Source: Setoptus koraiensis
Lineage: Eukaryota > Animalia > Arthropoda
NCBI GenBank assembly: GCA_048013815.1
Contig: CM106586.1
Coordinates: forward strand, 7,874,001 to 7,938,000
Direction: 5' to 3'
Length of the DNA: 64,000 nucleotides
Part shown: in pieces, positions 56,283-64,000 of the stretch
Layout of the letters: every line of letters starts with the position of its first letter
Numbering within the stretch: position 1 is the first letter of the stretch
Notes under the pieces: generated by a model
The model's database searches: none
Told to the model about the DNA's origin: nothing
What the model saw: only the letters and a program-made list of their open reading frames with translations
Made by a program: the position numbers and the translations under genes

Positions 56283-57369
56283 TGTAAATAGATATTTGAA
56301 ACTATTTTTATATATTTATGTGAATGTAGATTTGTTTGTTTTTTTTTAATTTGATATATTCTTTTATCAACTTCAATGTCAAGCAGGTCTATAATGTAAA
56401 AATGTGTCCAATCATGTATATTATATAGGTGTGCACAATAATCGTATTATTAGATGCGCGACTGTGATGCGCGTCTCATCTGAGATCCCGCTGTTTCACA
56501 ATCCTCGCTCTGTGCAGCAATGCCACCAACTTTTGCGTGTCTGTGCCTAGTATTAAAAATACAGTACTGTGTGCAGATTTTACCATGCCCCCACACCTCG
56601 TGCCTACAAAATCCAATAGGGCGGCGCTGCTGTGCTTTTCATAGGCGGTGTAAGCGATTAGCAGTCCATTATTCGAGGTATGCAGATTTTCGAACCGGCA
56701 AATAAAGGTAATTTAGGTAAGGTGCCCCTTGCGTTGGAAACCACCCCCCCCCCCGCGTATCGGTTTTGAGCACGTTAGAGGAAGCAATCAAAACAAGGAG
56801 CTATTCAATGAAACAGTTTGCTGTTGGCTGCACACTTTTCTTAGCGATGCCAGCGCCTCTTGCCGATTTTCTCCAAACCACGTGTAGGGCATTGGAAAAT
56901 CCACACGCAGTAAATAAGTTCTGCTGTTGCTGTTGTTTACTGGTTGTTGGGCCAATCACGACCCATGCTTTGCTGGACTGGCAGTGTAAAGTCAATCAAG
57001 TTTTAGAAATTGCACAGTTCCTTCCGGCGGTGCTGCGCACTGCACAGTATTTTAAGTCCTGCGCTGGTATAAAAGCGCACGACTCGTAGAATAAAGATCA
57101 GTCTAGTACATCTGTAGACATCTTGTACATTTGGAACAAAAAAAAATCAGCTTTCAAAACTCGCGCTGACTCTGACCACATGAGGAACTTCTCACTGTTA
57201 TCTGATTTGTTTATCATACCTTTTGCATATCTATCTGCAAGAACCTTTCATCTGGACCTAGGCTGCTGTTGGACGTTGGCTGGGAACACAATCGGAAAGT
57301 TCAATCAATTCCATCCCACGTCAGATGTGAAACTAGCATAATCAATCTGACCGGCACTCATCGTTCATA

Positions 57370-60300
57370 ATGGATCATATTGTTTCTACAGAAGACACAA
57401 ACCAGCTCACTGATTTGAGGACGTTCTTGGGTTTCGTATGCGATCGTCGTTTAACTGAGCTGTCAACCACCATAGATGCAGCCAACGGTTTACTTAGTCG
57501 CTGTCCTCCTGCTCGTGGTGCAGTTCTGAAGTTTTACTCTGAATTTCTCTGTGAATATTGTACTTATTATTGGCTAAACAAAAGGAGACTCACATCTGAA
57601 GCCATCGCTAAAGGTGCTGTGCATGCACCCCAACTTTCATTCCACAAGAACGCCACTAGGATAGAGTATGTCGGAGAGCTATCAAGAAGGTTTCACGAAG
57701 CCTCTAAACTCAAATCAGCTGATCAGCGCGAAGACCAACCGGATGTGAACAGTCAACAACATAGGAAAGTTAGTCCAATCAAATCCGAACTTTGCCAAAT
57801 ACAATCAAAAAATCAGGTAAATAGCCTGATGCCTAGTCCACGCTCGCCGACTGGTCCAGCCTCTCCGCCACCAAGTGAACAACCTATGGTACATACTACC
57901 ATCAAGAATATACCTACAACACCGGTTCGATCGCATTCTCGAAGAACTAGCAGTTGTGCCTCTATGGAAATGGACCAGACTCCAAAAAGTCCATCTCTGA
58001 ATGAAAGTGAGTCGAATGATGAAGAATTCACTGAGAAGCATCAAAATGGCCCAACCGACATTTTTCAAGAATTTGAGATCAGTATAAAAAAAATTCGTTC
58101 CTTGTTGATGGAATTTGTGAGTATTGACGAAAATCAAAAAAGTTCTCAGAACGAAAAACATCTTCATTCTAGATTTAGACAGACAATCAAAACATGGGCT
58201 ACTGATCTACTGGTTTCATCAAGTTTCAAGGATCACTCATCGTCTATTGAGTTATCGAGACAGTTAGCTGTTCTTGGGGGTCAAAATGATAATGGTCTTG
58301 CGCCATTAATAGCTATGTGGATGGAGAATCCTGTGACCAAACTCCTGATTGATCTCCTACTGCTATCTCATTCAAAGATAGAGGAACTAATTGAAAAACT
58401 TATCCCACATGATCACTGTGAATGGATGGTAGCTTACTTATTAGTGAAGATATCAGAACAACCAAATCCTGAGAGTCATTTTTCAGCATGTATGGAAAAG
58501 ATAATCAACTCCAAAATGCCATACCAAGCCCTCTTTTCTATACTAGCCTACCAATCTGACAACAACCCTAAGGCGATGGCCAACTTTCCCAAAAGCAATA
58601 TACTTTTTTTAATACACTTATGTAGGCAATCCAATTCCCTACTGAATGTGCTAGCTCTCGAGATACCCGATAAGATTGATCCAGACCTCGTCAATGATCT
58701 TGTGAAACAAATTTCCATTTCGATCAAAAGTATAAACCAAGTTCAGGAACAGCAGCAATGGCTAGACAATCTCATTCACTGTATTATAGCTGCTCCTAAC
58801 TCTTTTCGGCTACTGCTTCTAACTTTTGATATCTGGTTGGATGAGAAAATATGTGCCGAAGGAAGGAACTATGCGAACCTAATATTAGACACTATCATAG
58901 GTAAAATTCAGACCAGAGCCATCTATTTGGTGAATAACCAGCAACTACCACAAATTGATTACAGTTATCCTATGGAGCAGCTTTTATGTCACATGAAAGA
59001 AAACATTGAAATTCTTGTGGACAGAGCCTCCGTGTCGAAAAACGCGAAAGAGAAGATACTTGAGATATTCCACCTACTCTGCATATTGAATGGACTTGAA
59101 TTCGCATCAAGAATAGTCTTCCACATAATCAACCTACCCTCACAGAATTTCTGGCCTATGCTTAATCCCCTTCTTAAAACTCTGAAGAAACGATTCGGTG
59201 AAGATGTGGACGACTACGTCAGCCAAACTCTTGACTTACCAGATGCTGTTAGAAGCGACTACTTCTGGCAAAACTTGCTAACTTTAAGTTACTTAGATAA
59301 AAGTATCTCACTTGACATAGATAAATTGAGTCTTCTTCTATCAGATAAACTCTGTTCCACCAAGTTTAATCTCACGGCGACCGCATACATCATAAAAATT
59401 TGCTTGGCCTCTTTAGAAAAAACCTTCTCAACGAAAAAGAAGATTTCTGTCAGAACTCAGCATCGATTGTCTATATCCCTGGCAACATGCTACTTTATGT
59501 TGCTGAAAAAAGGAGTCAAAAATAACCCTGAAAGTTTGGATGCTTTGAAGTCAATGCGAGAATGCATGAACATTCTCTCTAATACTATTACAGCCCAACA
59601 TATCCTTTGCCGTGCTCTGGTGGATCTGACCACAGAGAATAGCTACTTATTCAGCGATCGTTGTATTGACGAAATTGAAAGCTCAGATCTCCATGAACTG
59701 AATGGTATGTATCAAATGAAATCCTACAACATTGCGGAAGAGAATCGGCAGTTGCCAGTTGGAAACAAGTTCCGAAGGCTACCGAATTGCACAAAACGAA
59801 TTTCTAAACCTAAAACTCTCCAAACTGAGTTCAGCTTGACCGCCAACAACAATTCTGCTGAAAATGGCCAGAAGAATGTTATCATGGACGAAGATCTCAA
59901 TTGTTATCTATCTTTGCAAGTATTTAAATCGAGTATTAAGGACATGCAAGCTTTTTCGCTACTCCTTGTAGATTGCTTGACCCCTATAATTTTCAACAAA
60001 AATATCTGGTCAGAGGATGACTTGACGAAAGGAATTACAGAACAGGACTTGAAGATACTCAAGACTTTTGAATTAAACCCTCTACTGTGGAAATTGTGCG
60101 ACATTATTGGCCAAAAGGGATATCTAAAAAACTGTTTAGTCCTATTAAGATCAATATTATCTGTATTGTTGGCCCTTTGGTCGGCATCTTCAGCTAACTC
60201 TTCTTGTGATAAGCTTAAAACTACTAAGAAATTAATTCTACTATTAGCAGATTCGAGCCTGATTCCTAAACTACCATATAAGTTTGCGGTAGAAGTGTTG

Positions 60301-60537
60301 CCTCAACTCAAACCAAATGAAGTGTACTGTGTTCTGCATGACATTTGGAGATATCTGAGAGATACCAACGAAAAATCAAGTCAGATGAATCAAGAAGGTC
60401 CTAAAGAGATACGACCCTATTGTCATAGATTGAGGCTTCTAATGTGCCAGTACATGCCTGGACCTTTATTTGTCAAAATATTCAGAGAACTTTATCAAAA
60501 GAACCCCAGTCCATCCAAAGATCCTGATTGGGACTGA
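57370..60537 (+). CDS. INTS5: Integrator complex subunit 5 (omd), single exon
   Basis: LSRCPPARGAVL near the N-terminus, PHDHCEWMVAY, and C-terminal LWKLCDII...LLRSILSVLLALW...EVLPQLKPNEVYCVLHDIWRYLRD align by eye with INTS5. Confidence 0.8.
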   Translation: MDHIVSTEDTNQLTDLRTFLGFVCDRRLTELSTTIDAANGLLSRCPPARGAVLKFYSEFLCEYCTYYWLNKRRLTSEAIAKGAVHAPQLSFHKNATRIEYVGELSRRFHEASKLKSADQREDQPDVNSQQHRKVSPIKSELCQIQSKNQVNSLMPSPRSPTGPASPPPSEQPMVHTTIKNIPTTPVRSHSRRTSSCASMEMDQTPKSPSLNESESNDEEFTEKHQNGPTDIFQEFEISIKKIRSLLMEFVSIDENQKSSQNEKHLHSRFRQTIKTWATDLLVSSSFKDHSSSIELSRQLAVLGGQNDNGLAPLIAMWMENPVTKLLIDLLLLSHSKIEELIEKLIPHDHCEWMVAYLLVKISEQPNPESHFSACMEKIINSKMPYQALFSILAYQSDNNPKAMANFPKSNILFLIHLCRQSNSLLNVLALEIPDKIDPDLVNDLVKQISISIKSINQVQEQQQWLDNLIHCIIAAPNSFRLLLLTFDIWLDEKICAEGRNYANLILDTIIGKIQTRAIYLVNNQQLPQIDYSYPMEQLLCHMKENIEILVDRASVSKNAKEKILEIFHLLCILNGLEFASRIVFHIINLPSQNFWPMLNPLLKTLKKRFGEDVDDYVSQTLDLPDAVRSDYFWQNLLTLSYLDKSISLDIDKLSLLLSDKLCSTKFNLTATAYIIKICLASLEKTFSTKKKISVRTQHRLSISLATCYFMLLKKGVKNNPESLDALKSMRECMNILSNTITAQHILCRALVDLTTENSYLFSDRCIDEIESSDLHELNGMYQMKSYNIAEENRQLPVGNKFRRLPNCTKRISKPKTLQTEFSLTANNNSAENGQKNVIMDEDLNCYLSLQVFKSSIKDMQAFSLLLVDCLTPIIFNKNIWSEDDLTKGITEQDLKILKTFELNPLLWKLCDIIGQKGYLKNCLVLLRSILSVLLALWSASSANSSCDKLKTTKKLILLLADSSLIPKLPYKFAVEVLPQLKPNEVYCVLHDIWRYLRDTNEKSSQMNQEGPKEIRPYCHRLRLLMCQYMPGPLFVKIFRELYQKNPSPSKDPDWD

Positions 60538-60597
60538 AGATCTGAGTTATACATAAGAATAAAAGTGTCACATTTTTTACGTTTCTATGATAATGGA

Positions 60598-62361
60598 TTA
60601 GTATATATTTACATTAACTAGAGAAAAGCCAAATGCCTCGCCCCATTTTCTGACGCCCTTCTTATAAATAGTAGTTAAGCAAAGATTTAAATCTTCACCA
60701 GTGAAATGTAGACCGTAACGCTTAATCTCGTTGATTTTTCTAACGTAACCTAGATTGGTTGCTATCGAGATGAGGCTGTCTAAATGGACACTGGGTAACA
60801 TAACGTAGCATTCGTGCTTGTACTGGTGGCCGGGTTTTTCAATGGAGGCTATCTTGTGAAACTCAGACTTGATGACAGTTTCAAAGTCTTCAAAACAACC
60901 ACTAGTGTGGTATTCTATGACTGTGTTATTTTGGGGCACGTTCCATAAATGTAGAGGAACTTGGTAGCATCTTGTTGCTATAATATCAATTTTTTGATTG
61001 ATAGACATTTTGAGCTCGTGTTTTAGTATAACGTCCATGTCAAGCACTGACTTAATAACTCCTGCCTGGTGTATATTCGAGTAGAAGAATGTCAAAGTAA
61101 AATTTATGATTACCCAGGCAATTAGGTAACTGTTTTTGGCATACACATTGAATGCGAAAGTATATACGAATGGTACTAGAAGAGGTAGAAGAAATCTAAA
61201 TTCCTGATGAGGTATGAGACTTATTAATGCAGTGGAGGTAAGTATGGTGAGCAACATCATCGTCTGGGTCTTGTTTGGAATAATTATTGACCTGTAAAGC
61301 CCAACCAACATGTAGGATAATTTACAGTAGAAAAGGTAAGCTAAAACATTGAAGAGCAAAGGTATATTGATGAGCATGTGAGTGAATGGTAGATGAATTC
61401 CGTATTGACTGAGATTCTGGAGATTAGTATTATATTCGATGAAGTTGTACGGGGTGACGACCCAAGTCCCCACTAATTGACGACTGAGATTTTCAAAATC
61501 AAACTCCTTTAAAGCATTCATAGTAACAATTAACTCATTTGATCTATAGTAGACAGTATCAAACAAACTTATAAAAAATGCAGTCAGACTGGCACTCGTC
61601 ACTATGGGTATAATACTCCTCCTGATGACTTTAATATAGTTGAATGATGTCTTCATGAGTTCTTCGTGCAGCCAGAATAATAGAGGCATCAATAAAAATA
61701 TAGGGAAAGTTGGTCTATTAAATAATCCTAGAGAAATAACAATTCCTAAACTTATGGTGTTCCTGTAATCGAGGTTCTCGTCTTGCTTGTCGATCGGCCT
61801 AGTCCTGGCAGATCCAGTTGTGCGGGAATTGTTTCGGAAAGTTCTGCAAACTAAAACCAGTGCTATAGAGAATAGTATAGTTTCTATAGTATTACTGAAT
61901 GTTCTCGTGAAAAAAGTTAGGCATGCAAATGAACTTTGCATAATGACCGATAACGGTAGATACCATAGACCACGTGGGGAATGGTAACAACAGAGTTTAT
62001 GTAGACAGAAGTCGACAATAAACGACAATAGAGTGAACATTAACCTTGGCAATATCAGGAGAAGATACGCCGAGGGTTCTTTGGATATCAGTTGTGCCAA
62101 TTTGAATGCTATAGTATTAATTACATACGGAAATAGCATGCATCTTATCGGGTGCTTAGTTGTGAACTCCCAGGCTGGTTCTATTTTAGAATAGAAATGA
62201 TGACCACCGATAATATCAGTCGATTGTAAGAATTCATCTGGATGTACATAACCGGTTTGTGGTAATAAACATGTCGCAATTCTTAATAGTCCTAGTAGGA
62301 AGGGTATGAAAATTGGATTATGGCGACACCTCACCAGAGTAACCCGCCAACTTCTATCCAT
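60598..62361 (-). CDS. PIGZ: GPI mannosyltransferase 4 (PIG-Z/Smp3)
   Basis: LLPQTGYVHPDEF, AWEF, TRTFSNTIE, GLFNRPTF, NLSQYGIHLPFTHMLIN, IPHQEFRFLLPL, HQAGV; multiple TM helices. Confidence 0.93.
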   Translation of the reverse strand: MDRSWRVTLVRCRHNPIFIPFLLGLLRIATCLLPQTGYVHPDEFLQSTDIIGGHHFYSKIEPAWEFTTKHPIRCMLFPYVINTIAFKLAQLISKEPSAYLLLILPRLMFTLLSFIVDFCLHKLCCYHSPRGLWYLPLSVIMQSSFACLTFFTRTFSNTIETILFSIALVLVCRTFRNNSRTTGSARTRPIDKQDENLDYRNTISLGIVISLGLFNRPTFPIFLLMPLLFWLHEELMKTSFNYIKVIRRSIIPIVTSASLTAFFISLFDTVYYRSNELIVTMNALKEFDFENLSRQLVGTWVVTPYNFIEYNTNLQNLSQYGIHLPFTHMLINIPLLFNVLAYLFYCKLSYMLVGLYRSIIIPNKTQTMMLLTILTSTALISLIPHQEFRFLLPLLVPFVYTFAFNVYAKNSYLIAWVIINFTLTFFYSNIHQAGVIKSVLDMDVILKHELKMSINQKIDIIATRCYQVPLHLWNVPQNNTVIEYHTSGCFEDFETVIKSEFHKIASIEKPGHQYKHECYVMLPSVHLDSLISIATNLGYVRKINEIKRYGLHFTGEDLNLCLTTIYKKGVRKWGEAFGFSLVNVNIY

Positions 62362-62694
62362 ATTAGATTATGTCGTTGAATGGTGAAGGCTGGCCACCAT
62401 TTAGCCTACAAAATAATTCGCTATCTGTAAGTTTGAAAGATAGGTGCGAATATTCATCCAGAACAAGATAAAATTTTCATGGAAATGCAGATGACAGATC
62501 TATAGTGGGGTGTTGATTGATTTAGATATTTACAATTTTGCCGGACTGCACGAGATCTGTAAGCTATAGCGAAATAATGAACAGTCCGAGAGAAAAGCAT
62601 GGCTTTCTTGCAACAATCTGATTGTTTACTTATTCAAACTTCGCGCGAAAGCACATCAAATCTTTGACACAACAGGAATGATGAGTTTAATTTT

Positions 62695-63807
62695 ATGTAT
62701 ATTAATCGATTGGTCAGGCTTCAAACTCAACAGCGAATTTACAGCCTATTTTATGATCAAACTTTGATCAAAGTAATACTCAAAGAAACAAATCAAAAGG
62801 ATCAGCTCAAGATGTCATCACTCAAGTCATCGCCTCACATACTACCAGGAATATTGGCGACTATACTACCACTCTCTTTGGTCGTGTGGGCCATTCAATA
62901 TATTTTGCCATTCAGAAACTCAGACTCTACATTATCACCAATCAGGTGCCTTATGTCTGTTATTGTACCCTTACTGATGCTTATAAATGCGGCCAAGAGT
63001 AAAAAGTTAGATAGGATGGGGATGGTGGTGGCATTTATTCTTGGATTTGTGGAGACTTTGAGCAATATCTCCATGATGGCCACAACAATAGCCTTTTTTA
63101 TGGCTGGTACTCGTGCCACTAAGTTTAAGAGATCAGCAAAGACATTCGAAGAAGATTCGTCTACTCATAGCAGAAGAAATTGGATTCAAGTCATAAGTAA
63201 CGGAGGGGTCGGCATGGAAATATCCATCCTTTTACTCATTGAGAAAGGTCCGGCGAGTGAGTTTCCCATCAATTTTGCTTACGACTATTTTCCAAGTTGG
63301 TTGGCAATGGCATTTCTTGGATCTATGTCATGTGCCTGTGGTGATACTTTGGCCTCCGAGCTGGCTCCAGCAATTACATCCGCACAACCGCGGCTTATCA
63401 CTAATCCGTTTAGAGTGGTTCCCCGAGGAACAAATGGAGGTATAACCTTCATCGGTATATTATGCAGTATTTTAGGTGGACTTATTTGTGGTTTCGCCTT
63501 TTTCATAGCAATTTTCGTCTGTGTTAGTAGAGATGTGCTGCTGACTAGCCCCCCTCAATGGCCATTAATGCTCGTTGGTGCATTCTCGGGGTTTTTCGGA
63601 TCTTTTGTTGATTCGCTACTAGGAGCCACTGTGCAGTTGTCCGGCCTCGATAAAAGGACAGGAAAAATTGTAGGGAAACTTAACGATGGAGTCGTTTGGA
63701 TTTCTGGATCGGATATACTTGACAATCATTCTGTGAATCTCATGTCGACATTAGTAACGGCAATGGTCAGTCCTTATGTTGCCAGAATAATGTGGGCAAG
63801 TGTCTAA
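62695..63807 (+). CDS. TMEM19: Transmembrane protein 19 (DUF92); start could alternatively be the Met at 62812
   Basis: RRNWIQVISNGG, ACGDTLASELAP, VVPRGTNGGIT, GSFVDSLLGATVQ, ILDNHSVN. Confidence 0.93.
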   Translation: MYINRLVRLQTQQRIYSLFYDQTLIKVILKETNQKDQLKMSSLKSSPHILPGILATILPLSLVVWAIQYILPFRNSDSTLSPIRCLMSVIVPLLMLINAAKSKKLDRMGMVVAFILGFVETLSNISMMATTIAFFMAGTRATKFKRSAKTFEEDSSTHSRRNWIQVISNGGVGMEISILLLIEKGPASEFPINFAYDYFPSWLAMAFLGSMSCACGDTLASELAPAITSAQPRLITNPFRVVPRGTNGGITFIGILCSILGGLICGFAFFIAIFVCVSRDVLLTSPPQWPLMLVGAFSGFFGSFVDSLLGATVQLSGLDKRTGKIVGKLNDGVVWISGSDILDNHSVNLMSTLVTAMVSPYVARIMWASV

Positions 63808-64000
63808 TAATAATGGATGATTTGGTGTCAGACATGCGCCTCGTCTCACTAGTTTGATAAGAGCGATATAAATGAGTTTATAATAAATTAAATGGAATAC
63901 GATTTTGTACTTCAACACTAGTTAGCCTACTTCAAAACATTACGTATCTTCTCTAGTAGTTCCTCCTTGACTACCGGCGGAACAGCTGATCTAGCTCGTG

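Noticed and set aside
56620-56760. tRNA-like segment (two ttcga motifs) and a C11 run between PP5 and INTS5
   Set aside because: No consistent cloverleaf or A/B-box spacing. The C run is a simple homopolymer, and the ORFs at 56520-57341 have no recognisable content.

Overview
Eukaryotic, AT-rich, very gene-dense and intron-poor genomic DNA. It is most consistent with a miniaturised acariform mite genome, probably eriophyoid; this is inferred from the architecture, a Peritrophin-A/obstructor cuticle gene and an integrated bacterial-type panC. I identify 24 protein genes plus one truncated duplicate, mostly single-exon housekeeping genes in head-to-head pairs: RpL18a, WDR82, an ERI3 chimera, Mlf, SUCO, ERCC6/CSB, a GT7 glycosyltransferase, CenH3, ATP synthase beta, Scm, SMARCAD1, a PPDK/RPH-like enzyme, PEPCK, Peritrophin-A, MAD2, a URB1 C-terminal gene, SLC26, SAC2/INPP5F, panC, MOCS2A, PP5, INTS5, PIGZ and TMEM19. 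The standout is a young chimeric gene at 4888-5640. The 5' leader and complete 40-codon mitochondrial presequence of the ATP synthase beta gene (donor at 13749-13956) are fused in frame, right at the predicted processing site, to an ERI3-type DEDDh 3'-5' exonuclease with all catalytic residues present. This predicts a newly mitochondria-targeted nuclease. A second, internally deleted copy lies at 2373-2870. Other points of interest are a 1395-aa PPDK/rifampicin-phosphotransferase-like enzyme with a possible membrane anchor next to PEPCK, a panC with a six-Cys insertion, a stand-alone MOCS2A, a URB1 reduced to its C-terminal domain, and a repeat- and palindrome-rich non-coding island (36.8-40.8 kb) with a perfect 48-bp palindrome. 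All family assignments come from motif recognition by eye; no database searches were run.
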